A stretch of 64,000 nt of DNA from Mytilus edulis (taxonomy: Eukaryota), in NCBI RefSeq assembly GCF_963676685.1, contig NC_092345.1, positions 80,786,001 to 80,850,000 of the forward strand, given 5' to 3'. The translations under genes were made by a program, and so were the position numbers. Of the stretch, positions 1 through 14,700 are shown piece after piece; positions within the stretch are counted from its first letter, which is position 1, and every line of letters begins with the position of its first letter. Under the pieces are notes generated by a model. That model made no database searches. It saw only the letters and a list, made by a program, of their open reading frames with translations, and had not been told where the DNA came from.

Positions 1-564
1 TTCAAGACATGAGTATTTACACCCCTATACTTGCTACATGTCCCTTCCTAATTATGTTTTTTCTGTGTTTTTTTTTCAATTTTGCCCCTTTAATAATTTT
101 ACTGCTTTAACTAATGGAGATTACAATTATACTGACATCTGCAGGAGGAAGGTTCTCCAAGGGCAATCCGTAGGCTGGCACTTATCAGTAAACATATAAA
201 TTAGTCAGAGAAAAATAATAAAAAGAGAATTGTAGCAAGTCTAGCTATAACACCCCTATTCTGGCTTATTACTTTCCTTGGTTTATTTGAATCGATAACG
301 CTATAGCTTCCAATGTTTACACTATCAACTCACTGAACAACAAATTATAATTGATAAAATAATTCATTGACCAAAACTAATAATTATTCATAATTAATTT
401 AGACAAAATCATGAAGCGTCTTTTCTATGGAAGTCTTTGATGTATAAGGCAATTCATGATTTTTATTTCAATCTTTAATAAAAGTATGAAATATATTTTT
501 GGTATCGTTTGAAAATATTTCTTTCGTGTTTCTTTTTCTGATTATGGTCAGCGTTGTCTGGTTG

Positions 565-650
565 TATGCTAGCGTGTGCCGTTGATTCTAGTGCGGTAGG
601 TCGTGGGTTTGAACCCTGGTAGGTCAAACCAAGGACTTGAAAATTGGTAG
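565..650 (+). repeat. Degenerate tRNA-derived SINE head
   Basis: B-box-like gggtttgaaccc followed by ggtcaaaccaaggact; no intact cloverleaf. Confidence 0.4.
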
Positions 651-2390
651 AATAATGTGTCCAGGTAGGTTGACATGTCTTCCAGCGGATTGTTTACAGA
701 GAATGCTTATAACATGTTCTCGACTTCTAGAAGCTTATAACTTGCTACTGGACATAAATATTTACATGCATGTACATAAGAACGTAGTGTTGAAGCTTTT
801 CGATAGTATAGGTCACAGGAGAATCGGAAAGTTTTGGTTGAGAAACAGAGATTATTTTTTTTTTATATTTACTTATAGGCTAGCTAATAAAAATAACGTA
901 TTTCAGTTATATATATTTTTTGTTTTTTATTATAAATAGTAATGCTGAAATGAGCTAACTTCTCCCGTTTCAGGCACCCGAAAACCCCCTAAAAAAAGGC
1001 TTAAAAATTTTTCGCCTCGCTCCGCGAAAAGTTACTGGTTTTGACATTTTATCTAAAATCCAATTACCATTATATTTCAAATTAACAAAATGAATAATTT
1101 AACACAACTAATAAACAATTTAGAATTTTAGTATGTTGCTACTGGTGAGTTTTTAATAACAGGAATGGTATCCATTCTCGATAACTCGTTGGCCTCCGTC
1201 GATTTAGCTACCTAACTCTAACCCACTACCAGCAATTGTTTGACATGGACCCGTTTGGGTCATCGGATCACTTGCCAAGGTTCGGGCGTACACGTAAAAA
1301 TGACCTAGCTACGCCACTGGAGATGCGTGGACTCTCCGTGTATTTTATGTTAACTATGATACATTGAAGGACAATACATTGCTCTTTTCATTTTAGTTAC
1401 ATTATAATCACCTAAATGGTGTTGTGCATTTTTTGTTTGTAAGTACCAGGGGGAAAACCGAGACTTATGTCTGACTTAAAAATAGTAAACTGAAACAATG
1501 CAGATCATTGCACGAGATAATCATATATATAGAAAAGAACCAAATATGTTCCACATTTCTGAATATTTGGTCGGATTGCAAGTTATCGTCATTAGTGTGG
1601 ACAGTGTGTTGCTTGCCAATTATTTTTTTATACTCTTTCCAAATTTATTTTATGTTTTATGCCTCAAATAGCAAGAAAGGGGTAAAATGACACTTAAAAA
1701 AAATTTATTCATGAATTTTAAAGTAAAGTAGTGATTTGGTCCAACTGAAAAAGGTTAAGAATTATCATATCGGAAGCTGTCGAGAGATTTCAAGACCCCC
1801 TTAACAAAAAACTGTCCATATTTTGAGTTAGATCCGATGAAGTTTTCTATAATTTTGATATAATTTGTCCCAAAAGTTGTACAACACTATAAAATATTGA
1901 GAAAGCGCCGGTTGGATTTTTTAAATTTTCATTTATTGACTTAAAGGAATGCACTACGAAATAAGTTTCCTCGGACCATTTGCTTTTATTAGGGAATCAT
2001 TGATTATGTTTGTTTAGTCGAAATTAAAGACTCTCAAAGCCTTTCGCATTCAAGATTATATACATCAAGGTCAGGGTCTGACAGGAGATTCTTAGAAGGT
2101 TCCACGCAGTCCGCTTCACCTTTTATTTTGAATTTATAATAAGCAGTTTTTTACACCAGGGTTTTCAATACCACAAAACACTTACTTTATATTATCATCG
2201 GTACAAGCAAGGACATCGTTCGTAAATATAAATCAACGTGCAGACGTTTTATACGTTCAGGTATTTCACATCCCATCTTTTATGGTAATATTCTCTACAA
2301 AGCATGACAATGTCGTAATTCACCCCGAAACCTAACCTAAATTTTAAACGGACTCATTCAGAAGGTATTTAGTTACGATACTGTCAGATA

Positions 2391-3710
2391 ATTATGGTGA
2401 CTTGAGTAACACCGGTATCACTCGGATTACAATTCTACTTTGACAGGTATAAAGTTTGTATTTAGCCTATACAATACTTATTTAGCCTTGAGAATTGAAA
2501 GGTCAATTTATCCCATTCATACAATAGAAGTTTACCTATAAGGGTCAGAATGGGGTTTACAGAATAGAGAATACACATGTAATAGCAACAAATAAATAGA
2601 GAATAGAGAATAATTTAATGGGGTGTAAAAGCATAAAGAATATCTGTGCAAAATAAAAAGGTTACTTAGCTAACTGTAATGCAATACTGATAATATAATG
2701 ATCAAAGTACAGAATTGATAAATAATCATGTAACACAAAGACTAAATAGTAAAATCCTTTTCATGAGAATTTTACAGAATGAGTTATTTTTAAGGCTATT
2801 AAAAGAAAAATGTCCGAAAAATTTAAAGAATACAGATATTAAAAAAACCCATGCAGGTCCTCATGTCATTTACATTGTCAAAATATAGAACACATCTAGT
2901 CAAACTGGTTTTAAACTAGACCTCTAGTCAAACTGGTTTGGTATAACTGACTGTTTATTGCCTTAGATGTCTATTTCACAGTGACCTTATGTGTTTGTGC
3001 TAAGAGTACATTGTACTGTCATATTTATGGATTTCTGTTGGGACATGACCTACATTGTTAACATGCAAAACAGTGGCTTGAGATTTCAACTGATATAAGT
3101 ATAATAAATTAATATTTGGAATTTTATATCCTGGTTGATGATGTTTTTTGGGGAGCAAGATGTTTTCTTAATTCTTGTTCACATTATGATTATCTTAACA
3201 TTTAAAGATAGAAAAAATGTCAGCTCTCATTTAAAATATTTTGCAACTAAATAACAGAATAATAATCTCAGATATGGTGTAAACAAAAAACAAGACAGTG
3301 TAATGCAAGGATAGTCTATTTCTATAAAGTCAAGCAGATATTTTTTTTTTATATCTAGAAAAAAACTACCATGTAAAGAAATATGCTAGTAAAAGGCCAA
3401 AAAATATCCCAAAAAATTCAACATTAACAGATTTTTAGCAATTAAATCAAGATGCACAAAGTTTTAAGCATTGGTCAGAATATAGGGTTCTTTTGTACTT
3501 TAACAACATCACAATAACAATAAAGTGACCTTAATTTTGGACAAGGTAAATGGCATGAAGCCAAATTTATCAACTTCTATTGTATGAATGGGATAAACTG
3601 ACCTTTCAATTCTCAAGGCTAAATAAGTATTTTATAGGCTAAATACAAACTTACCTGTCAAGGTAGAATTGTAATCTGAGTGATACCGGTGTTACTCAAG
3701 TCACCATAAT
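2391..3710. mobile_element. Non-autonomous DNA transposon with ~140-bp TIRs
   Basis: 2391-2532 is the reverse complement of 3572-3710 (attatggtgacttgagtaacaccggtatcac...). Confidence 0.8.
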
Positions 3711-3923
3711 GATGTCATATTTTGGAAGTAGACTAAAGTATTGGTTCACTCGTGGGGTCTTTGTATCGGAAATGAAAAGTTATTTAGTCTCAAACTAGTT
3801 TGAATGATACGGCTTATGTTCTTGTTGTATATTTTATGGTGGGTATGATAATAAAGCCCTAGCGGAAAGGATTGTGCTTGATTTTAATATCAAGATGAAT
3901 CTTTCAAGCAGTTTAAAAAGTCT

Positions 3924-5483
3924 CACTGGGGTAAAGCTGATGACCGTAACTGCATTCACGGTCATCCCAAGATGTCGGATGAAAAATTAGGTCAGTATCT
4001 GTATTGTCTGTTAAAGTGTTTTTATATCATTTTCTTTACTAAGCATACATTTGTACGATGTAAATTTATAAAATATTCACACGGAAATCACAAATTACTA
4101 CACAGAAATGTGTATGAAAGAGAAAATTGGATTTGAAAAAATCACTGAGATGACCATAAATCATAATCGAGATGTCCGTAACAGGATCAGCGATTCATAA
4201 CAAGGGTGACCGTAATTGGTTAAAGATGACCGTAATTTATAAAGGATGACCGTAACTTTTAAAGGATGACCGTCAATTCTAAGAAAAATCCGTATTGGTA
4301 TTCATAGCTTTTTGTTGAGTTTGTCTCAATAGGGGCTTGGGGAGCGGATATAAATATGTTTAATCAATTTCTTTTTTTAACTATTTGCCGTATTTTGAGT
4401 TAATGACAATGATAGTAACATGAGGACATTAAAATTTTAATACAAATTGACAGCATTACGATGAAAAATTTAAGAAAGAAAAAAAAACCATCGAGCCCAT
4501 GTGTATGGTTCCAGAGGAAGCAGATTAAAGCCTTAATTTGTCTTGATATGTTATTACATTTCTGTTTATGCAATTTGACAAGGTTCCCCTTGTTATACGC
4601 TATTCGTACCATCTGAAATAAAGAACATTTGCAATGGTAGTTGAAACGATATAATATCAATGGATGTACATACATTGGCATTTTAAAAAGGTGAATCTAT
4701 TATTTAAGAATTGAATGCTTCTTTTTGTAACTTCATTGGGGTGTGAAAGCGTTGACCGAAGTACATTTTGTATGAAGCGCGGAAGCTTCATTGATGAAGG
4801 CCGTACGGTGACCTATAGTTGTTAATGTCTGTGTCATTTTGGTCTATTGTGGACAGTTGTCTCATTGGCAATCATACAACATCTTCTTTTTTTTTTATAT
4901 ATATCTAATGTAATTATATTAAAAGGAATCCAAGAAATAAAAAAAAATCTACTGGCTTGTATTTGGAAGCTTCATATGGTGAAGTAATGTATGTATTTGA
5001 AGCACATCTTATTTTCTTCTACCTATAGCATAGGATATTACTCTGTAATAAATTCGTTTTATACCAATTGCAACACGATTAATTATTTGATACAAAAAAG
5101 GTAATACAAATACGGATATTTTTTTTAAATTGACAGTCATCTTTTATTAATTACGGTCATCCTTTAAAAATGACGGTCATCTTTTTACCAATCACGGTCG
5201 TCCTTGTTTATATGTTACGGTCATCTTGAAAATATTTTGATGATGATTTACGGTCATCTTAGCGATTTTTTCAAATCCAATTTCCTCTTTCATACACATT
5301 TCTCAGTAGTAATTTGTGATTTCCATGTGAACTTTTTATACATTTACATCGTACCAATGTATGTTTTGTAAAGAAAATGATATAGAAACACTTTAACAGA
5401 CAATACAGCTACTGACCTAATTTTTTATCCGACATCTTGGGATGACCGTGAATGCAGTTACGGTCATCAGCTTAACCCCAGTG
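3924..5483. mobile_element. Non-autonomous DNA transposon with CACTG termini, long TIRs and GATGACCGTAA subterminal repeats
   Basis: ~3924-4270 inverted against ~5135-5483; flanks agtct/ggtct may be an imperfect 5-bp TSD; superfamily (CACTA- or Transib-like) uncertain. Confidence 0.8.
4795..4897 (+). repeat. SINE-like dispersed repeat 3' end
   Basis: gaaggccgtacggtgacctatag...gttgtctcattggcaatcat...T-rich tail; related copies at ~10078-10185, ~15775-15820, ~17865-17920 and ~60688-60790. Confidence 0.6.
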
Positions 5484-5801
5484 GGTCTGGAGCTGACAGG
5501 TCAGTTACTGCTAGTAGACTTGTTGAAGTAGTTTGATTATTGTCAGTGTGCTTATTTTCATCTGTTACCTATTCTAACATCAGCCTCGGGACTTCTTTTG
5601 CACTGTATTTTACTGTGCGTATTACTGTGTTTTTTTTATTCCAAATTGGCTAGTGGTAGTGGGGAGGGTTGAGATCTCAAAAATATGTTAACCCACCCAG
5701 CATTTTGGGCCTGTTATTAATCGGGAACCGCTAGTCTTTGTAACTCCTGTATGTTTTTTGGTTCATTTAAATTTTTCGGACTTAGTATGTTGTTCATTAG
5801 C

Positions 5802-5837
5802 TCTGAGACTACTATAACACATTATAGTAGTCTCAGA
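5802..5837. mobile_element. 36-bp perfect hairpin insertion with TTAGC direct repeats
   Basis: ttagc[TCTGAGACTACTATAA-caca-TTATAGTAGTCTCAGA]ttagc. Confidence 0.65.
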
Positions 5838-8586
5838 TTAGCTGAACCAGTATACATAATTGTTCAGGGGGCAGTTGAAGACCCATAGGTGTGGCATTGG
5901 ACTGTTTGCTGCTCTTTGGTTACAACATTTCACAAAAATATATGTGTAACAGTTACAGATTTTCAAGATAAGCGCTTCAGACGTTAAAACATAAAAAGAA
6001 ATCTATATGTTCTTAACAGACTCTAAAATGTTTCTCACATACAAAAATGTGAATTATTCATGCAAAGGGTGTTTCCCTTGACCAGTCAGATGAATACACA
6101 TGCACATACATGCTTATCAGTGTTTTAATGCTTAGTTTTAAATTTAAACCAAACTCCTGCTTTAAACCCCCTTTTTAAAACTACGATACATGTATAGAGG
6201 ACTGATTTTAATTACTGATTTATTTATGTGTAACTCTTAATTTTATGAAATTAATAATTATCTGTGAAATTTAAGTTGTTTTTGCATTTTTCATTTTGAT
6301 ATCGTTTTTGAAAAACATGTCTTTTGATGTCTTACATTTTATAAATCTTCAGCATAAATGTCTGTCTTTCGAAATAGTAGTTAACAGTGGTTATAAAGGT
6401 TAATATATATTAAGTGATATATAAGACAATCATAGGACTGAACTTCAATGTTGTTTTTTTTTCGTTTAAGAAACAAAACACTATATGTGGCATTGTCCTA
6501 TAATATGTTCCTGAATTAATGATTTCATTTATTTGACTTTGGGGAATGTTTCTTATTTTATTTCAACTGGTATAGATCTTTTCGCTGACCTTAATACCGT
6601 TTATTTTATTGTTTATTTATAGAGAACTTTTCATTGGTTGTCATAAATAGATCTTGTTAGTGACTAACTATTATTAGAATCCTATGGTATATATAATTTG
6701 TAAAATCAGTTTTATGCAGAAAATTTGATTCATTCTTTTTAACGACGGATATCAAATACGTCAGGTAAGAATTAATACTGATTTTTAAATTGTATCTATT
6801 ATTATTTTCAAAAAATCGATTTCGAATGATCGTAAATATATTGATGCGTTGTGTAACCATAATAAATGTTCTTAATCTATGACGTGAACATTGACTTCCC
6901 CGATAGAGTGGAGCAAGGAATTACAATTCCATTAGTGGAGTAGGGGGAGGAAAATAGCAGCTCAGTACAATTCGTAATTTGTTACCGCATAGTGGCGGAT
7001 CCAGAATTTTTCATAAGTGGTGGTCCACTAACGGCCCCGCTCCAGTCATGCTTCAGTGATTCCCTCTGAAAATTATATGTTACACCGGAATTGTAGTTGT
7101 TTGCAAATGTATGAGGCTAGGCTCCTATAATATATCAATTGAGCACTTTTTTCTTTGTACACACTAATTGTTTAAAGGTTATGAAGGATCGACACCTCTA
7201 CTTCATGATTTTGTGCGAAATACCTTATGTAGATCACCTTTACTTCTAAATGAGGAACAACAAGATAATGTGAAAAATTAGTAAGATATAGCAGCTCAAT
7301 ACAATACTACAAAGGAAAATGTTTATGTGAGAAATTCGCAAGAATAGCCCATTTCAGTCATATACAGGCTACTAATAAAGAATATGATTATAATAATGTA
7401 AGTAAATAACATCCTGTAAATTGCTTTTTATTACACACAACACCCTGTGCGTGTAATGGTCAGTGGACTTATATATATATTTACATGTATATATAAATAT
7501 AGTTTGATTTTAAATTATCATTGTATCACTATTTAAATTTTAAATAGTTATTGCAGAACCCTATACACTGATATAGGTCAGATGCATGCTAGAGTGCCAC
7601 GATGTTTGCATGCCACAACTCGTTATTGGAACAGGACTAGGGAGCCTTTTACATAACAAACATATAAACTTGTTGTAATGTATGTAAAATATTTCTTTCC
7701 ACAGGAAATTAGACAAACAACAATCAATCCTTTTCAACATGTACAAAACAATCTTTTTAAATTTTGTTTTTCCTCCCTATAAATTTCATGAATAATTCAC
7801 ATTCGACAAAATTGTTAGGCAAATAATCAACAAATCAGTAACAAAATCCCAAAAAGTTGGATTGCATAGCAGGCCATTGCTTGTTACAAGGAAGTGTTTG
7901 AACCGTTAAATTGATGTAATATCTGTAAATCTTGGATAGCATTATGACTTGTCATCGATGACAATGTATATAGCAGTCGATTTGTACGGGCAAAAGTAGC
8001 ATAATTTAAATTGCAGTGTTCAGTATACTATCGTTTGTTTTCCTTATTTTTTGTTAAATCGTGATTTTGTCTAAATTTTGGTTTATATGTTTTGATGTCA
8101 CCCTTTTGGTATCTTCATACAAAAATCGAAGGGAAGAAAGCATGTCAGCATGGCACATTAATCTTTATATTAGATTATCCTGCTTTATGAAAGCTACATG
8201 ACTTTGTTCTGAAATTGATCTTACGCCTGACTGCATTTTTTTTATTCCCCTGCAAGTTTCAAAAGGATTGCTCCGACAACGGATGGCCTTTTTGTAGTTT
8301 TATTGTGGTCCCGAAGTCTAAGCGAGTCACAAAAAGCAAGCACGACTGGAGGATCAATCCTGATGAAGAAACACTCAAACCGAATATAAACTGGTTGAAG
8401 CCTCTGGGTAGTGTTATATAGAACCGTTAGCGACTAGGTGTATAATTAATTCAAAACAAGTTTTAAAATAGCATTGCTCATGCAGCTGCATCAATTACTG
8501 TTTCATAACAGAGCGTTGGATATTTTTTACCATATCCGTTTGATGTTGCTATTTTTAAGTCTTATTACATTCTTTTACAGATTGCA

Positions 8587-8769
8587 ATGCAGAATATAAA
8601 ACTTCTAGTTCTAGGAGATGGTGCTGTTGGTAAAAGTTGTCTTTTGATATCTTATACAACTAATGCTTTCCCGGGTGATTATGTTCCAACGATTTTTGAC
8701 AACTACAGTACAAATATTATGATCGATGAAAAACCTGTCTGCATCGGATTATGGGATACTGCTGGTCAG
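8587..8769 (+). CDS. RhoBTB: RhoBTB coding exon 1 (P-loop, switch I, DTAGQ)
   Basis: Acceptor ttttacag ends at 8580, ATG at 8587, donor GT at 8770; [17 protein letters not shown]...WDTAGQ. Confidence 0.93.
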
Positions 8770-11700
8770 GTCTGTATTTTTTCACATTTAATTGTCTTAT
8801 TTGTACCTGTAATTAACAGTTTTATCTTAATCTAGTTTTAACAAGTTAAAGTCATGTACGGCTCATTACTTCATTATGAATTGCAGGAATATAAAAATAG
8901 ATGATGCATATATACGTCTATGAGATAGTTCCTTAAGACTAACAAAAATAAGTCACCAAGAAGTTAAACAAAAGTCTCCACTTAAAAAGTAGTGTCTATA
9001 CGATTTATCAAGCTCTATACCACCAAAGTATAAAATAAGACAGTAAGAACCGACGTATCAAACCAAAAGGCAACAACTGACGAAAATCCGGTATCCGCAC
9101 AATTTCAGTACTAGATTATTGCAATATCAAGCCACCCTGTTTTAACTTCTATCCGTGGAATAACAATTCGTGCAACAAAACTTCGTTCGGGAATAGCAAT
9201 TAGCTCGATCATAGCGTTCAATATAAGACCAGGAACAGCAATTAGCTAGAGCGTTCAATACAAGACCAGGAAACAGTAATTAGCTAGAGCGTTCAATACA
9301 AGACCAGGAAACAGCAATTAGCTCTATCATAACGCTATGATACATATCAGCTCTATCATAACGATTAAAAATATCTGGAAAAGCAATTTATCTCTATCAT
9401 AACGTTCAATACAAGACCAGGAACAGCAATTAGCTCTATCATTACGTTCAATACAAGACCAGGAACAGCAATTAGCTCTATCATAACGTTCAATATAAGA
9501 CCAGGAAACAGCAATTAGCTCTATCACAACGTCCAATACAAGACCAGAAACAGCAATTAGCTCTATCATAACGTCCAATACAAGACCAGAAACAGCAATT
9601 AGTTCTATCATGTCGCTATTAAAGAATCAGAAAATAGCAGGGATCAGGAAGGGCACTTACCTGTATCCTATTGGCATAAACGATCAGGAAAGTCATTAGA
9701 TCTAGGTATATTCTTCATTCAGAAGCGGAATTCTTTTTCACAAAAAAACTCACAGGCGCAATGATGGAACAACAACAGTCTAACAATAAACTACATCAAT
9801 GACTCCTTTTTAGAGTCAAACTTTCAAATTAAAAACTCATTTTCTGATCTTTTAACTATATATAAAATACTACCATAAGAAGATGAAATGTGAAAAAACC
9901 GTCATCTACTTTTTGCCTTTAATTTCTGCAGATGAAATAATGCCCTCGCTTTATTATTGTCTTTAACGTCGTAAAATGTATTAAACGTTTTATTTTGTTT
10001 TAAATTTAAGATCTATTCAGTGTCTTTTCGTTTTGAATAATACTCAAAAGTATTACGATGTGACCCTAGGCTCAGTGTTGAAGACCGTACATTGACCTAT
10101 AATGATTAAACTTTTATATATTGTAGCTTGCCAGTTGGATGGAGAGTTGTCTCATAGGCACTCATTCCACATCTTCCTATATTTATTTACATTTTTAACC
10201 GGATGCTCTGTATTTTTAACCGGAAGCTCTGTATTTTGCGTATTCTGTTTCATTTCTAATTGGTTTGTCTTGATTTTTCCAGGAAGATTATGACCGACTT
10301 CGTCCTCTTTCATATCCACAAACAGATATAGTTTTGCTTTGTTTCTCCATTTCTGGAACAGATTCACTAGAAAATATAACATCAAGGTGGATTCCCGAAA
10401 TAGATCATTACATCCCAGACTGTCCTAGAGTTCTGGTTGGTTGCAAGTCAGGTAAGCAAATACTTTTTATTTTTCGTTGTCTTTCTGTTTACATTCTTCG
10501 AAATGTATTTTTTTTCTCTCATTTGGTCATATATAAAGAACTGCTACGACCTTGTGTTTAAAATCTCCCATAAATTGAAGATTGTTAACAACACATTAAA
10601 ACAATTCTAAACAATCGGCAACTTTAATACAAACAAGCTGAAGGTTATATTATAATTGTAGCATTATATTGATTTCCTACATAAGGAAATGCCTCTATCA
10701 GGTCAGGAATATGACAGTTGTTTTCCATCGATTGATGTGTTTGAGATTTTAATTTAGCCATTTGAAAAAGGATTTCGTTGGAGTTCGATATTTTTGCTCT
10801 TTTACTTTTTAAAACTAGCCAAATCAAACCTGTTTGTTTGACTTTGTACTCAGATATAACGTGATGCACACAATTCAAGAAAATCAAAACAAGAGGAAAG
10901 CAAAAATTGATCTTGGTAAAACATGCTGCATATTATAAAAGTAACTGGGATAAGGAAATGAGGTTAGGTGGACAACTTAAGTCTTTTTTGTTAAAACATT
11001 AGTTGTGAGCACGGTTTTAAAATTGTTTTCCCAAAGTGGTATTATCTATTATCCTCATGATGCACGACTTATTTCAGCTAGGGGCATTAGCTGTCGAATT
11101 CATCTTCACCGATTTGATCCAAATTTTCAAATCAGATTTATAACATAGTAACGTATATTTTTATTACAATTTTTTTTAAAATAAACCATTACTAATACAT
11201 AAACTCGATACCAATTATCAGCATTTTTTGTGTAATTTGTCTAGACGTAATTTAAGTATCCATCGAAATGACCTCCAAAGACTGTCTACGGTCATTTTCC
11301 ATGAATATATATATAAAAAGCGGCCGCGTCTATTTGGTTTCATCTTGTAAGCTCAAATGTATATTTATCATCATTCTTACTGTATAAGAATGGTTTTGTT
11401 GTGGATAAATTCAGTAAACTAAGTCTTTCATTCTTCTTTCACTTTCAATGTACACATGCATTTACTTTCAATAGCTGAATCAATGGATAACCCATCTCCA
11501 GCTGAGGGGTTAAATTGAAGGTCACATGAATACGGATTAAATAAGTTCGAATAAATCACTTGCAAGTGAATAATACATCAGCGATGTTTCTTAGTTTATT
11601 TTGAGAAAATTGACCCAAAATGTCTGCTTAAAGCGAATGATTATTAATTTCACTTTCATTTATGATTGAACCCAAAAATACATGAATTTTTCATTTTTTA

Positions 11701-14700
11701 TCATCAAAGATGAATTTGATAGTTTAAGGCCCTGAATATTTGATGCATAATATTATCTTGTAACGGAAATTTTTAAAATTTTTAATTGTATAAGTTTATT
11801 TAACATTTTTTTTTACAGATTTGCGTGCTTCAAATCCAGATGAATGTGTTCCTCGTACAGAAATAGAAAAAGTTGCAAAAGAAGCTGGGTTAGAATATTA
11901 TGAGACCAGTGCACTAACACAAGATGGTTTGAAACATTGTTTTGATAGCGCAGTAAGTTAACATATGTTACAAAATTATGTAATTATTTGAAATCTGCCT
12001 GGCAGATTAGATCACATCTAATAAGTTGATAATTTTTCTATTGTAATATCTTATTATATTGTTCTCTGTTGTTTATTGTGTGTCACAATGTAAATATGTT
12101 TGTGTTGCTATAGCATGTAACTACTGCTTTGCAAATAAAGAATTCATTCATTCATATGCAATAAGTTTTATATCTTTGTTATTCTTTTCTTATATAGGTG
12201 ACCTTAAATTGATATGATGATTTTAAATAGATGATTATCATATTAAAAAATCAAATTAAAAAAAGTAGAAAAACAGTTTTTGAAGCATTAACTTAAACTA
12301 CCGCTTGTTGCGACCGAACAAAATATTGTAACAAAATTTGACAAAAAAACTAATACAACTTAAGTATATTTTTTTTCTCTCGACCAGATTCGATGTGGAA
12401 TAGCGGGAAGCCGAAAAAAGACAAAATCTAAATCGCCATTTGGAATTTTCAAGAAGAAGAAACCAGATGATCCCATCCCTCCAGTGATGCCTCCAGCTGG
12501 TAAGTCAGATAAACTTATATCCCCGTTAATGCTTTCGATAGACAAGCTAAATGATTGTTAACCCCATTTATGCTATCGATAGGCAAGCTAAATGATCGTA
12601 TATCCCCATTAATGGTATCGATAGGCAAGCTAAATTATCGTATATCCCGATTAATGCTTTCGATAGACAAGCTAAATAATCGTATATTCCCATTCATGCT
12701 TTCGATAGACAATCTAAGTTATCGTATATCTCCATTAATGCTATCGGTAGGAAAGCAAAATTATCGTATATCCCCATTGATGATATCGATAGGCAAGCTA
12801 ATAGATCGTATCTGCCCATTAATGCTATTGATAGGCAATCTAAATGATCGTATATCCCCAATGATGCTATAAATAGGCAAGCCAAATTATCGTATATCCC
12901 CATTGATGTTATCGATAGGCAATCTAAATGATCGTATATCCCCATTAATGCTACAAATAGGCAAGCTAAATAATCGTATATCCCCATTAATGCTATCGAT
13001 AGGCAATCTAAGTTATCGTATATCCCCATTAATGCTATCGGTAGGCAAGCAAAATTATCGTATATACCCATTGATGCTATCAATAGGCAAGCTAAATGAT
13101 CGTATATCCCCATTAATGCTATCGATAGGCAATCTAAATGATCGTATATCCCCATTGTTTAATGCTATCTATACAAGCTAAATTATCATATTTCTCCATT
13201 AATGCTATCGATAGGCAGTCTTAATATCGTATATCTCAATTAATGCTATGTATAGGTAGTCTTAAGGATCGCATATCCCATAGATTCTATAGATAGGCAG
13301 GCTAAATGACCGTATATCCCCATTAATACTATGGCCAGGTTAAATGATCTTATATCCCGATAGATGCTATGGATAGACAAGCTTAATGATTGTATATCCC
13401 CATTAATCCTATCGATAGGCAAGCTAAATGATAGTATATCCCCAATGATGCTATCGATGGGCAAGCTTAATGATAGTTTATTTCCATTGATGTTATCGAT
13501 CGGCAAGCTAAATGATTGTATATCCCTATTAATGCTATCGATAACTAATGGCAAGCTGAATGATCGTATATCCCCATTAATGTAATCGATAGGCAAGCTA
13601 GATTAAAGCATATCCCCATTGATGCTATCGATAGACAAACTAAATGATTGTATATCCCATAGTTTAATGCTATCTTAACAAGCTAAATGATAGTATATCC
13701 CCATTAATGATATCGATAGGCAAGTCAGATGATCCTATATCCACAGGGATGCTATCGGTAGCTATAGTTCAGACGTTAAGGGCATATGATACAGTTTTGA
13801 TCCCGTATTTACATTTTGATAAAAAAAAATCCATGTAGACTATTTTTTACCTGATTAAATCAAATATGTAATAAAAAAATATACCTTCATGTGCTACTTT
13901 TTGAGTAAAATGAGGTCGAAATTTTGTTTATTTGCTCAAAATTCGGATTTGTGGCCGGATTTTCCTTTTCGAAAGAAAGACATAACTTTTTTGTTCAAAA
14001 TGATAAACACAAATTGTTTTTTTTTTAATAATTTTTAATTTCTGTATTTTATAAGTATCAAATACATTTATACATTTTTTATTCAGAAATAACTCATTTT
14101 TATCAAATGTTCATGAATGTAGGAAAAAAACATATTTTTTTGCTGTATATTTATCAGATTTGAAAAAATTGCACTATTGACGTTTTCATGAAAATTGGCA
14201 CACATAATCTTCTCACGTCATCAAACCAAATGGCATTTTAAAAAAGAGTCCATGAACTCGTTTTCAAGTTAAATGACTTGGAGTGATAAAAATCAGTCGA
14301 AAACTGCATCTTTTCCCGATAAGTCATAGTTTGACGTTGCGAAAATAACAATTTACGTTGGCAACGTCATAACCTCCCCTGTAACTGTATCGTATGCCCT
14401 TAATTGCATCAATACCGTATAAGCAATCAGTCCACACTAATAAATAGCTTTTCTATAACATAATAACAGTTTAGTTATATAAAATTTATATTCTTTGACT
14501 AGACAGGTAAATACTATTCCGATAAAAACTACAAATTGTCTTATCATATTTTACAATAGTCTAAAATAAGGACAGCATATTGACAAAACGTCAAAAATAT
14601 GCGTGTCAGACGTAACAGACTATACGCATAATAACTTTAGCAGGGGTGTTTGTGATCTTCAAAACAGTGTTTTATCCGCGAAAATTTGAATGAATGATAT

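Noticed and set aside
565-650. tRNA gene
   Set aside because: Only a degenerate B-box; no cloverleaf. More likely a SINE head.
12555-13596. Repetitive ORFs on both strands (also 9327-9611 and 31032-31326)
   Set aside because: Translations of 42-bp minisatellites, interrupted by stops and frameshifts, inside introns.
9190-13760. CRISPR-like look of the regularly spaced repeats
   Set aside because: Head-to-tail units with no unique spacers, eukaryotic context and no cas genes.
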